A stretch of 64,000 nt of DNA from Patescibacteria group bacterium (GCA_041650755.1 JBAZKN010000001.1:314309-378308); one strand, 5' to 3'; positions 1 to 8,552 are shown, counted from the first letter of the stretch. The notes: a model not told the origin generated them from the letters alone. A program made the numbers and translations.

Positions 1-75
1 TGGTCTGATTTGGATTCCCAAGGGTTAAGGTTGTAGAATTGCGTATACTGCCTAAAAAGAACAGGGCCTATTTTT

Positions 76-104
76 AATATAGCACATCTAAAATCGGCTA
101 GCAA
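76..104 (-). promoter_or_regulatory. sigma70-type promoter pointing out of the window
   Basis: TTGCTA-17nt-TATATT on the minus strand, directly after the ndk terminator. Confidence 0.6.
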
Positions 105-111
105 GAAAATG

Positions 112-150
112 AAAACCGGCCAAAAGCTCAGAGGCGTGAGCTTTTGGCCG
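112..150 (-). terminator. intrinsic terminator downstream of ndk
   Basis: 14-bp perfect stem CGGCCAAAAGCTCA/TGAGCTTTTGGCCG followed by a short T tract on the minus strand. Confidence 0.75.
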
Positions 151-174
151 AACGCAAATAAAAAATAAATTTAT

Positions 175-696
175 CTATTCTTTTATGGTAATGGTGTGCC
201 GAGTGTAATCCGGATGATAATCTTGCAATTCAAAATCATTGAACCAAACACCAATTTCCTGGGCAGCTTCTTCAATATTAGCCGAGGCATGTATTAAATT
301 AAAAATACCTATTTCATTAGCATCAGCATAAGTAAAAGATACATGAGCGTAGTCGCCCCGGATAGTGCCGGGCGCGGCTTGTTTTGGTTCTGTTGTGCCA
401 ACCATCTTGCGCACTACCTCGACAGCCTCAACACCCTCTATGGCAATGGCGATAATTGGGCCAGAAGTAATCATCTTGATCATCCGCTCTCTGACTTTTT
501 CGCCACGTCTCCTAGACACATCTTCTGTATAGTGCTTCATAGCCGTGTCTTTATCTGACCAGACCATTTTTAAACCAATAATTTTTAAACCGGTTCGCTC
601 AAAACGATGCAAAATCTCCCCCACCAAGCCGCGGTTGACAGCGTCTGTCTTTAATAATACTAGAGTTCTTTCAATGCTTTCACTGTGTTGTGCCAT
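175..696 (-). CDS. ndk: nucleoside diphosphate kinase
   Basis: ERTLVLLKxD, PGTIRGD and NLIHAS (catalytic His) motifs. Confidence 0.95.
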   Translation of the reverse strand: MAQHSESIERTLVLLKTDAVNRGLVGEILHRFERTGLKIIGLKMVWSDKDTAMKHYTEDVSRRRGEKVRERMIKMITSGPIIAIAIEGVEAVEVVRKMVGTTEPKQAAPGTIRGDYAHVSFTYADANEIGIFNLIHASANIEEAAQEIGVWFNDFELQDYHPDYTRHTITIKE

Positions 697-775
697 AAAT
701 TTATATACTTAAGATTAAATTTACCCCAGCATTTTTCAAGGGCTAGGGTAAATGCGAAAAATTATTAAGTAAAAA

Positions 776-1165
776 TTATTTTTTCAAATTAGCGATTTCT
801 TTTTTGACCGCGGCCACGACCTCCGAAGGGGTGATATTGGCTTTCACTAGATAGCCGACTGCACCCAGCTGCTTGCCACGCTGTACATCTTCATCTTGAC
901 CGAGATTAGTCAAAAGCATCACTGGAATATTTTTGGTATTTGGATCTTCTTTAAGAGTTTTTAAGACCGAGAAGCCATCCATCTTGGGCATAATGATATC
1001 CAATAAAATAAAATCCGGCTTCATGCTTTTGGCCATTTCCAAGCCTTGGGCTCCATCCAAAGCTTTAACCAAATCAAAGCCATCATTTTTAAACTTGACT
1101 TCGTACATATTAGCTAGCATTTCTTCATCTTCAATCAAAAGAATTTTGATTTTTGCGTCCGCCAT
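776..1165 (-). CDS. single-domain response regulator (CheY-like receiver)
   Basis: ILLIEDE, LLDIIMPKMDG (phosphoacceptor Asp) and GAVGYLVK; no output domain. Confidence 0.93.
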   Translation of the reverse strand: MADAKIKILLIEDEEMLANMYEVKFKNDGFDLVKALDGAQGLEMAKSMKPDFILLDIIMPKMDGFSVLKTLKEDPNTKNIPVMLLTNLGQDEDVQRGKQLGAVGYLVKANITPSEVVAAVKKEIANLKK

Positions 1166-1196
1166 AATATAAATATGTTAAATTTTTAGTGCTTTA

Positions 1197-1225
1197 ATTA
1201 TAGGATAAATACGATAAAATGGCAA
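1197..1225 (-). promoter_or_regulatory. sigma70 promoter of the response regulator gene
   Basis: TTGCCA-17nt-TATAAT, immediately after the terminator of the GC-rich cassette. Confidence 0.75.
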
Positions 1226-1226
1226 G

Positions 1227-1287
1227 AAAAAAACAGGGAGCCCCCACAGGTGTGGTTGCTCCCCCGGTTAGCCCCCGCTTGGGGGCT
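1227..1287 (-). terminator. double hairpin and T tract ending GC-rich cassette 1
   Basis: AGCCCCC/GGGGGCT hairpin, then GGGAGC...GCTCCC stem followed by T7 on the minus strand. Confidence 0.75.
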
Positions 1288-1794
1288 TTAGGCAATGACC
1301 GTAGTGTCACGCTCCAGCTGGCGCACGGCCGACTGGTAGTCCTGCCACCACAGAATGGCCGTATCCGGCGATCCGCCGACAGACTCGGCCAACAACGGAG
1401 CCGCCCGAGAGCCCATCAGGAAAGGCAGGGGTCCGGCGTTATCACCGGCCTGGTGTTGCCGTGGAATAGCCGCCTCGTACGCCGCCTTGTCGGCCGCTGC
1501 CGTTGCGTACGTCACGCCGGTCTGGACCAGGGCGATCTGCTCGAACTGCTGAACCAACGGCTGCTCCGCGAGATTTGCACAGCTGGCCGTGGAGTTCTGC
1601 TCCGTGCCGATGATCAGGGTGTAGGGCGCCGCCTGAGCCACACGCGCTGCGGGCATCGTCAGCGCCGCACCTGTCGTGATGATCGTGGTCTCGCCCCACA
1701 CACTACCGGGTGTGGGCTGCTGTACCGCCAACGCGACGGTTGCGCTGACCAGGATCAGGATTGCGGCCACCACAGGTGGCCAACATCGTCTCAT
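1288..1794 (-). CDS. GC-rich orphan secreted protein (cassette 1)
   Basis: AAGGAGG SD before ATG; signal peptide MRRCW...VALA; about 68% GC in a sample line; own promoter and terminator. Confidence 0.75.
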   Translation of the reverse strand: MRRCWPPVVAAILILVSATVALAVQQPTPGSVWGETTIITTGAALTMPAARVAQAAPYTLIIGTEQNSTASCANLAEQPLVQQFEQIALVQTGVTYATAAADKAAYEAAIPRQHQAGDNAGPLPFLMGSRAAPLLAESVGGSPDTAILWWQDYQSAVRQLERDTTVIA

Positions 1795-1910
1795 GGTTCC
1801 CTCCTTGATCGGGCCGTGATTTCAGCTGGTATAAAATTGAGATACCAGCACCTCGGTTAAACGCCTCCTTTCTGGTTGGAAACACCTCAAGTGTACGTTT
1901 TTCTATAAAT

Positions 1911-1939
1911 ATTATACTCTCTATATAATGCTAAATCAA
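1911..1939 (-). promoter_or_regulatory. sigma70 promoter of cassette 1
   Basis: TTGATT-17nt-TATAAT. Confidence 0.8.
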
Positions 1940-1991
1940 GCTCAAAAGAAAGGAAAAAGCCCGCCGCACCGATATAAACAAAAAGTCAAAT

Positions 1992-2022
1992 AAAAAACAG
2001 GGAGGCCTTGTGACCTCCCCTG
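1992..2022 (-). terminator. terminator of cassette 2
   Basis: GGGAGGTC-ACAA-GGCCTCCC stem followed by TGTTTTTT. Confidence 0.8.
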
Positions 2023-2042
2023 GGACTACGCCCTCACTTGGG

Positions 2043-2126
2043 CTACGTCCCCTTCCCCACGTGGCGCTGGTTGCCGGCGACCTTCTTCTTGGCCTCCTGC
2101 TTGTGATTGCGGCGACGCTTCTTCAT
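2043..2126 (-). CDS. 27-aa highly basic peptide MKKRRRNHKQEAKKKVAGNQRHVGKGT (cassette 2; below the ORF-track cutoff)
   Basis: AAGGAGG 6 nt before ATG; G/C at nearly all third codon positions; terminator directly downstream. Confidence 0.7.
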   Translation of the reverse strand: MKKRRRNHKQEAKKKVAGNQRHVGKGT

Positions 2127-2139
2127 GGCGATCCTCCTT

Positions 2140-2338
2140 GAGGGCATAGCCCTCCCCCGCGTCCTAGCCCCCTGGGGGCGGACGCTCACTGGCCACGATG
2201 CCGCGTCTAACGCGGCTGATCCTCTTGCCCTGAAAAGGTAACGTCAATAGAGCATGGGATTTTGGAACGCTCCTTCCTGTGTGGATCCCACTAGGGATGA
2301 ATCTTGACGCCGACCTTTACCCGAGGGCAAGCAGGCAC
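2140..2338 (-). ncRNA. highly structured ~200-nt leader or ncRNA upstream of the basic peptide
   Basis: long rod CTTGCCCT/AGGGCAAG + AAAGGT/ACCTTT + CGTCAA/TTGACG, followed by three short GC hairpins; no family assigned. Confidence 0.5.
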
Positions 2339-2342
2339 ATTT

Positions 2343-2370
2343 ATTATATCAAAACAAGGAAATAAAACAA
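2343..2370 (-). promoter_or_regulatory. promoter of cassette 2 (extended -10)
   Basis: TTGTTT-16nt-TATAAT with TGn extension. Confidence 0.7.
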
Positions 2371-3210
2371 CTATTTTATCCGCCAGCTCTGACCGTCAGA
2401 TAACACTGTAATAGTGCCAAAATCCTTGGTTTGCCTAATATCGCAAGCTGCTTTTTGCAAGCGATCAAGGGCATCTTTACTGGGGTGGCCAAATTTATTA
2501 TTCGCCCCAACTTCAATTATACAAAGCTCTGGTTTTACTTTGGCCAAAAAATCGGCTGACGATGAATACTTGCTGCCATGATGGCCGACTTTTAGTACTT
2601 CCGAATCTAGGACATAAACACTGGACAAAATTTCTGCCTCCTGCTCGGCCGGCAAGTCGCCGGTCAGCAAAAAATCCACATCACCATACGACCAGCGCAC
2701 TACTAGCGATTTGGCATTATTGGCAAGCTTATCAGCTTGGCTGGCAGACAACACTACTCCACGCAGCTGATTATCAATATTTATTTTTTCCCCTTTCTTC
2801 AGAATCTGCACCGCTATACTTTCCTGCTCTAAGGTCCGCTGCCAGGCAGTATAATTAGCATTAGCTTTATCTGGCAGATAAGAAGCAAAAATATGCTTTA
2901 CTTGATATTTTTTTAATAATTGTATGGCGCCGACATAATGATCATCATCCCAATGAGTGATAAACAAATAATCAATCCGTCTTTCCCACCAGGGCAATTG
3001 ATCGGCCAGCTGATAAAGTAAACTATTGTCCGGACCGCCATCAACTAAAATATTTACGCCTTGGGTGGTACGCAATAAAATCGCGTCTCCCTGCCCGACA
3101 TCCAAAAAACTCACCTGCAAATATTTCTGCGCTTGGTTCAAGGACCACAGCAAACAAACCAATCCCAGAAAAATAAAACTTGTATAAATTCTAATCTGTC
3201 GAGCGCTCAT
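2371..3210 (-). CDS. ComEC/Rec2 metallo-beta-lactamase domain protein
   Basis: FLDVGQGDA, LVDGG, THWDDDH, LLTGD and LKVGHHGS motifs. Confidence 0.92.
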   Translation of the reverse strand: MSARQIRIYTSFIFLGLVCLLWSLNQAQKYLQVSFLDVGQGDAILLRTTQGVNILVDGGPDNSLLYQLADQLPWWERRIDYLFITHWDDDHYVGAIQLLKKYQVKHIFASYLPDKANANYTAWQRTLEQESIAVQILKKGEKINIDNQLRGVVLSASQADKLANNAKSLVVRWSYGDVDFLLTGDLPAEQEAEILSSVYVLDSEVLKVGHHGSKYSSSADFLAKVKPELCIIEVGANNKFGHPSKDALDRLQKAACDIRQTKDFGTITVLSDGQSWRIK

Positions 3211-4633
3211 ATGGCTTTATAATCAAAGTAATAACTATCATAAGTATCAGGCTGGATAAAAAAATCGGCAGAGAAAAATTATCAATAGTCAAATACGACC
3301 AAGAGCCGCCGCCTAAATTTTTTATCAGCCAAAACATCAGTTTTATAAGCAAGCCAAGGGGCCAGCCCAAAATTTGACCAAACTGGCCACCAAAAATAGC
3401 CACCATTAAGCTCAAAATCAAAATCGGCGGAAACAGCGGCAAGACTAAAAAATTGGCCAGGGGCGAAACTAAAGAAAAAATATGAAAATAATAAAGCACC
3501 AACGGCCAAGTAAAGACCTGGGCCGCCAGAGTCACTGCCAAAACTTCTTGCCAAGCAAAAGGGTTAGGCAGTTTAGCCAGCATATTTTTAAATAAAGGCA
3601 CGTACCAAATAAGACCCAAGGTTGCTGAAAATGAAAGTTGCCAGCCGATGTCATAAAGTAAAATATATGGATTTACCAGCACCATCACATCGACCAGAAA
3701 CAATAGGCTATAAACCGACAAAGCTGGCCGACCCAAACTTGGGCCCAATAAAACTAAAAGTATCATGGCTGTTGAACGCAAGGCAGGGCTGATAAACCCC
3801 AATAAATAAAGGTAAAGAAATAGAACTGCCGCTAAAACCCAAAAAATATGCTGGCGTTTGAGGCCCAAAATCTGTAAAAGCCAATGAAAAAACCAAATAA
3901 TCACTACCATATGCAGGCCGGAAATAGATATTACGTGCGTCAGGCCAGTGTGGCTAAAAAGTGGCGTCAGGTATTTAGGCATTTCTTGGCGAGAATCCAA
4001 AATAATCGCCTTAGCAAAAGCAGCTGCTGGATCAGATATATTTTTATCCAAATTGTCCAAAAAATATTGCTTGCTTTTACTTAAAAAATCAAGAGGCCTT
4101 GCTTGGTGTCCTAAATATTTGATGCTCGTAGCCGGACAAGTCGCCAAAATATTGTCTTTGGCTAAATATTTTGGATAATCAAATTGGCGACCACTGCCAG
4201 AATCGATTTTCTCCGGCTTGAATAAGCGACAAGACAAGCCTAAACTATCACCCACCTGATAATCCGGATAAAGGGGCGCATAGACTATGATTTTTCCCGG
4301 TAATTTTAGGTCAGGTGATTTGACCAAAAGCTGCCAGCCGTCCAGACGCTTATCAGCATCCAATACAAAGGCTGAAAAAGTATATTTTTGTTCATAAACA
4401 AACTGCTGCGCTAAAATTTCCGGCTGGATAAAATAGTAAATTCTTAAAAAAGCCGCTAAGATCACTAAGAGCAGAAAAAAATAACGGCGCCAAATAGATA
4501 AAATCAATGTTAAAACAAAAAACAGCCAGATATACAGAACATTAGCTGGCCAAATAAAATCAAATAAAAGCAAAAATAAATTTGCACCTAAAAAAATAAG
4601 ACTAAACAGCAGGAAAAATTTACTTTTCGCCAT
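3191..4633 (-). CDS. comEC: ComEC competence membrane channel (OB and Competence domains)
   Basis: TGLTHVISISGLHM, GWQLSFSATLG and SPLANFLV; multiple TM helices. Confidence 0.92.
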   Translation of the reverse strand: MAKSKFFLLFSLIFLGANLFLLLFDFIWPANVLYIWLFFVLTLILSIWRRYFFLLLVILAAFLRIYYFIQPEILAQQFVYEQKYTFSAFVLDADKRLDGWQLLVKSPDLKLPGKIIVYAPLYPDYQVGDSLGLSCRLFKPEKIDSGSGRQFDYPKYLAKDNILATCPATSIKYLGHQARPLDFLSKSKQYFLDNLDKNISDPAAAFAKAIILDSRQEMPKYLTPLFSHTGLTHVISISGLHMVVIIWFFHWLLQILGLKRQHIFWVLAAVLFLYLYLLGFISPALRSTAMILLVLLGPSLGRPALSVYSLLFLVDVMVLVNPYILLYDIGWQLSFSATLGLIWYVPLFKNMLAKLPNPFAWQEVLAVTLAAQVFTWPLVLYYFHIFSLVSPLANFLVLPLFPPILILSLMVAIFGGQFGQILGWPLGLLIKLMFWLIKNLGGGSWSYLTIDNFSLPIFLSSLILMIVITLIIKPYERSTD

Positions 4634-4706
4634 CCTCTATTCGCTTTTCTTGTTAACTTTAGCCCAAATGGGCTAAACATATTTAAGCGCAAAAATAAAG
4701 TTTTGT

Positions 4707-6170
4707 CTAGTTGTCTAATACTTGCGGATCAAGCGGCACACCGGCCAATAAATAACCATTGTGTATATGATTATCCACTGACCATAAAATATTATTTAGC
4801 CAAATATCCCCAGCCAGAGCTGCTGAGTCAGACAAAAGATAGCTTTCTATACGGCCGCCCGGCTTAATATCGTCTATCCTGGCCAAAAGCTTGACCTGAC
4901 TGCCGGCATTACCGACACGAATCGGCTGGCTGGCTGCCAATTTAGCAATGATTTTATTATCCTTAAAAATAATATCAGCTGCTTGCTCCTGCCCGTCAAC
5001 CATCAGCTGCATTTTGGCGATAGCCAAATTTTTCACATCTGCCTGCCAGCTCAATTTCTGAATAGCCAGATCATTACTACCAAGGGTCTTGACTTGAAAA
5101 TTATAAATCAAATTCCAGCCCTTGGTAAGTTTTTTGTCTATTGGCAAGCTGGCGAATTGCAAAAGGTCATCCTGAACATGAACGCTACCCAAGGCCAAGG
5201 TCTTATCCAATTTTATATTTTGGCCGGAAACAAAACCCTGCCCGCCGGCATCACGCAAAGAAAAATTATAATCGCCTGCTGATAAGCCATCGGCTATCAA
5301 GCTAAGTTCTAATAGCTGCTGGGTACTAAGCACCAATTTCTTAGCTAAAATAAAATCCAACTTATCGTCCACCGGCTGACTGGTGGCTATCGTTTCCTGG
5401 CCAAGCAGCAAGCTAAACTCTGCCTGATCTAGGTTTTGGCCTGCAACCAAAAAATGCAAGTCATTTAAATCTACTATTTCTGAATCGGCTGCTAAGAAAA
5501 AATTGGCTACGCTTGACTGTCCGGTAGACAAAATGTTCTTTGACTCCGGAGAATTATTGTAAGCCACTAATTTGCCGCTGGCTACTATCATAGTAGTGCC
5601 GCCGCGCAAAGGAAAATCAGCTTGGGGAAAAATCTGTTCATTTTGATGATAAACAACTAAGGAATGATTATCAAACAAGCTAAACTGCAAAATATCACCA
5701 ACCAACAAACTACCACTATCAGACAAAACTAGATCCAAAACATTATCGCCGGCCGGCAAGGTATAATTATTCAGCTCAAAATAAATATTGCCCTCTTCAT
5801 CAACCGAACTAAGCTGACCAATCTGAATATTATGGTGATACAGTTTAAGATTAGCCAAAACATCGCTATCATAAACGCCGCTAGCGGCTATTTTTAGAAG
5901 CTGTAAATTTACCGGCAAAGATGATTTTACCAATAAACTAAAAACTGGCACCGGAGATGTGTGCACTACTGTTTGCTTGGCATTTTGATCAGCCAAAAGC
6001 AAAATAATCGGCACCGGTTGCTTGGCAGCTTGAGTCCGGGGACCAATATTAACTGCGCTTAAAACAAGTGCACCTACCACTAGGAGCAGCAAAAGCAGCC
6101 AATATATCTTCAATTTTGTTGGTTTTTTTCTAATCTTTATTTCTGGTAATGGCCCCAGGTGTTCAAACAT
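4707..6170 (-). CDS. membrane-anchored beta-rich surface protein, unknown function
   Basis: 487-aa ORF with one N-terminal TM helix and repeated beta-sandwich-like segments. Confidence 0.7.
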   Translation of the reverse strand: MFEHLGPLPEIKIRKKPTKLKIYWLLLLLLVVGALVLSAVNIGPRTQAAKQPVPIILLLADQNAKQTVVHTSPVPVFSLLVKSSLPVNLQLLKIAASGVYDSDVLANLKLYHHNIQIGQLSSVDEEGNIYFELNNYTLPAGDNVLDLVLSDSGSLLVGDILQFSLFDNHSLVVYHQNEQIFPQADFPLRGGTTMIVASGKLVAYNNSPESKNILSTGQSSVANFFLAADSEIVDLNDLHFLVAGQNLDQAEFSLLLGQETIATSQPVDDKLDFILAKKLVLSTQQLLELSLIADGLSAGDYNFSLRDAGGQGFVSGQNIKLDKTLALGSVHVQDDLLQFASLPIDKKLTKGWNLIYNFQVKTLGSNDLAIQKLSWQADVKNLAIAKMQLMVDGQEQAADIIFKDNKIIAKLAASQPIRVGNAGSQVKLLARIDDIKPGGRIESYLLSDSAALAGDIWLNNILWSVDNHIHNGYLLAGVPLDPQVLDN

Positions 6171-6235
6171 AAAATACCTATAGTGAAACTATAGATATTA
6201 TACTATAAAATCAAAGAAAAATAAATGAAAAATAA

Positions 6236-7312
6236 TTATTGGGAATGCAAATTAGCTTTGATAAACGGCCACAAGTCACCGGCCAAAACTTTATTAGGAT
6301 CACTTGATTCATGATTTGTCCGATGGTCTTTGACCATTTTATAGGGATGCAAAACATAGGAGCGAATCTGGTTTCCCCAGGCCGCTTCGGTGTATTCTCC
6401 TTTTAGCGCTTGCCGCTCTGCCTCTTGTTGAGTATCATAATATTTTTGCACTTTGCTGGCTAGGTACGCTAGAGCCTGATTTTTATTTTGCAGCTGCGAA
6501 CGCTCATTTTGGCACATGGCTACTATGCCAGTCGGTAGATGGGTAATGCGTACCGCCGAGTCAGTGGTATTGACGGATTGACCTCCATGACCAGAAGAGC
6601 GATAAGTTTCCACTTTGAGATCAGCACTATTTAGCTTAACTGCCGTCCCCTCTATCTCTGGCAAAACTTCTACCATGGCAAAAGAAGTGTGCCTGGCATG
6701 ATCAGCGTCATATTCGGATAAGCGCACCAAGCGATGCACGCCGGCTTCGTTTTTAAAATAGCCGAAGGCATAGGGGCCGCTGATTTTGAAAGTGGCACTC
6801 TTGATCCCCGCCTCGTTACCCGCTGAGCGAGATAAATATTTTACTGTATAACTATTTTGTTCAGCGAAACGCAAATACATCCGCTCCAGCATCTCGGCCC
6901 AATCTTGGGCATCTACGCCGCCCGCCCCGGCAAAAATATTAATAATGACTGGCGACTGATCATACTGACCGGATAAAAATCTCACTTCTGACAGCCGAGC
7001 AAATTCTACCTGTAAAGCAACTAGATTTTTTTCTAGATCAACCTGTAAAAAATCTGCCTGGCTATCTTTGGCCAAAATAATTAAATCCTGAGTTTTTTTA
7101 AATAGGTCTTGCCAAGCAATTATTTCTTGTTCTAGATTACCCGCTTGTTTACTGATTAAAGCCGCTTGATTTGGGTCAGACCAAAAATCAGGAGCCGACA
7201 TCTGCTCTTTTAGGACTTGCAATTTTGCTTGTTTGTCGGGAAGATTTAGCTTATTAAAAATTTCACTGACACTCTGTAATAACTCTTCGATTTGTCGTTT
7301 TAGTTCTTCCAC
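6236..7312 (-). CDS. prfB: peptide chain release factor 2 (uninterrupted frame)
   Basis: GAGGVDAQDW, EAGVHRLVR, GHGGQSVN and WGNQIRSYV; GTG start. Confidence 0.95.
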   Translation of the reverse strand: MEELKRQIEELLQSVSEIFNKLNLPDKQAKLQVLKEQMSAPDFWSDPNQAALISKQAGNLEQEIIAWQDLFKKTQDLIILAKDSQADFLQVDLEKNLVALQVEFARLSEVRFLSGQYDQSPVIINIFAGAGGVDAQDWAEMLERMYLRFAEQNSYTVKYLSRSAGNEAGIKSATFKISGPYAFGYFKNEAGVHRLVRLSEYDADHARHTSFAMVEVLPEIEGTAVKLNSADLKVETYRSSGHGGQSVNTTDSAVRITHLPTGIVAMCQNERSQLQNKNQALAYLASKVQKYYDTQQEAERQALKGEYTEAAWGNQIRSYVLHPYKMVKDHRTNHESSDPNKVLAGDLWPFIKANLHSQ

Positions 7313-7322
7313 AAATTATTAT

Positions 7323-8552
7323 TTAATTTTTATATTTATCAAGAGTAATCTTGACGTCGTGCGTCTTATCTTTTGACCAAACTTTGAGGGTAATGGTATC
7401 GCCGGGACTAAATTTACTAATAGCTTCAGCTAAATCATATTGCCCTGTTAAATCTTTACCATTGACAGAAACTATAATATCGCCTTCGGCTAGACCAGCC
7501 TTATCAGCCGGCGAGCCTGATACTACCGCCGCATCCGAACTTTGGCTGCCATGCACTAGTAACGCCCCCTGATCAAGCGGTAAGTTGTTTTGCTGCTTAA
7601 TTTCAGCCGTTATCATTTGATAACGCACACCCAAATATGGCCTGATAATCTGCCCGTTTTTCTGAACGCTAGCGATTATTTGTTTTAAAGAATTTATGGG
7701 TATAGCAAAGCCAATCAACTGGCCTTGACTGGAAACAGCTGTGTTTATGCCGATTACTTCGCCGGATAAATTGAGCAATGGACCGCCAGAATTACCGGGA
7801 TTGATAGCTGCATCGGTTTGGATAACATTTTTTAAGCTCTCTGAGCTGCCGGCGCCATCATCAGCCACAATGCTGCGGCCAATGCCGGAAACCACGCCTA
7901 CCGTCACTGTGTTGCTGAATTCAGCTAAAGCATTACCGATGGCTATCACTGACTGGCCAATGACCAATTTATCTGAATCACCCAAAGTAACGACTGGTAA
8001 ATTTTTAGCTTCAATCTTCACAACACCGACATCATTAAAAGAATCAACGCCAACTACTTTGGCCTCATACTCCTGACCGCCATTTAATATCACGGAATAT
8101 TTGGCCGCACTATCGGCTATCACATGCCGGTTGGTCAAAATCAGGCCATCAGCAGAAATAATAAAGCCTGTAGCCCCGCCAACTTTTTGATAATTGGGGC
8201 TAGTGTTTGGTTGAGTATTTTGCGGCTGGACAAACATCCAGTCTGGAAAAAAATTAAAAAAAGGATTAACCTGGACATTCTGGCTAATATCTTTCTTGAT
8301 CACAATGGACACAACCGATGGAGAAACTTTTTTCACCACATCGGCGACCGACAAAGTGCCCAAATTATTGCCGGAGCCGTTCAAACTGGGAGCGTTTATT
8401 TGCTGTAGCTCATCATTGACTACTGCCGGTAAATTTCTATTTACCATCCAAGGCCAACTACCTACATAATTGACCACCAGCCAAGCTCCGAATAAACCAC
8501 CCAAAATTGTGCTAATTATAATAATTAGAAAAGTATCAAAAAATTTCCTCAT
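7323..8552 (-). CDS. HtrA/DegP-like serine protease with PDZ domain
   Basis: LTNRHV, QTDAAINPGNSGGPL, C-terminal PDZ (SPADKAGL), N-terminal TM. Confidence 0.95.
   Translation of the reverse strand: MRKFFDTFLIIIISTILGGLFGAWLVVNYVGSWPWMVNRNLPAVVNDELQQINAPSLNGSGNNLGTLSVADVVKKVSPSVVSIVIKKDISQNVQVNPFFNFFPDWMFVQPQNTQPNTSPNYQKVGGATGFIISADGLILTNRHVIADSAAKYSVILNGGQEYEAKVVGVDSFNDVGVVKIEAKNLPVVTLGDSDKLVIGQSVIAIGNALAEFSNTVTVGVVSGIGRSIVADDGAGSSESLKNVIQTDAAINPGNSGGPLLNLSGEVIGINTAVSSQGQLIGFAIPINSLKQIIASVQKNGQIIRPYLGVRYQMITAEIKQQNNLPLDQGALLVHGSQSSDAAVVSGSPADKAGLAEGDIIVSVNGKDLTGQYDLAEAISKFSPGDTITLKVWSKDKTHDVKITLDKYKN

Noticed and set aside
1-70. Possible start of an RNA gene or another cassette after the promoter at 76-104
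   Set aside because: Truncated by the window edge; no recognisable tRNA, rRNA or tmRNA sequence.
1219-1860. 213-aa plus-strand ORF over cassette 1
   Set aside because: Antisense shadow of a GC-rich gene; the promoter, SD, signal peptide and terminator all support the minus strand.
2255-2300. CAGGAAGGAGCG loop as SRP (4.5S) RNA
   Set aside because: Only a partial resemblance; the conserved domain IV symmetric loop and GNRA tetraloop geometry could not be built by eye.
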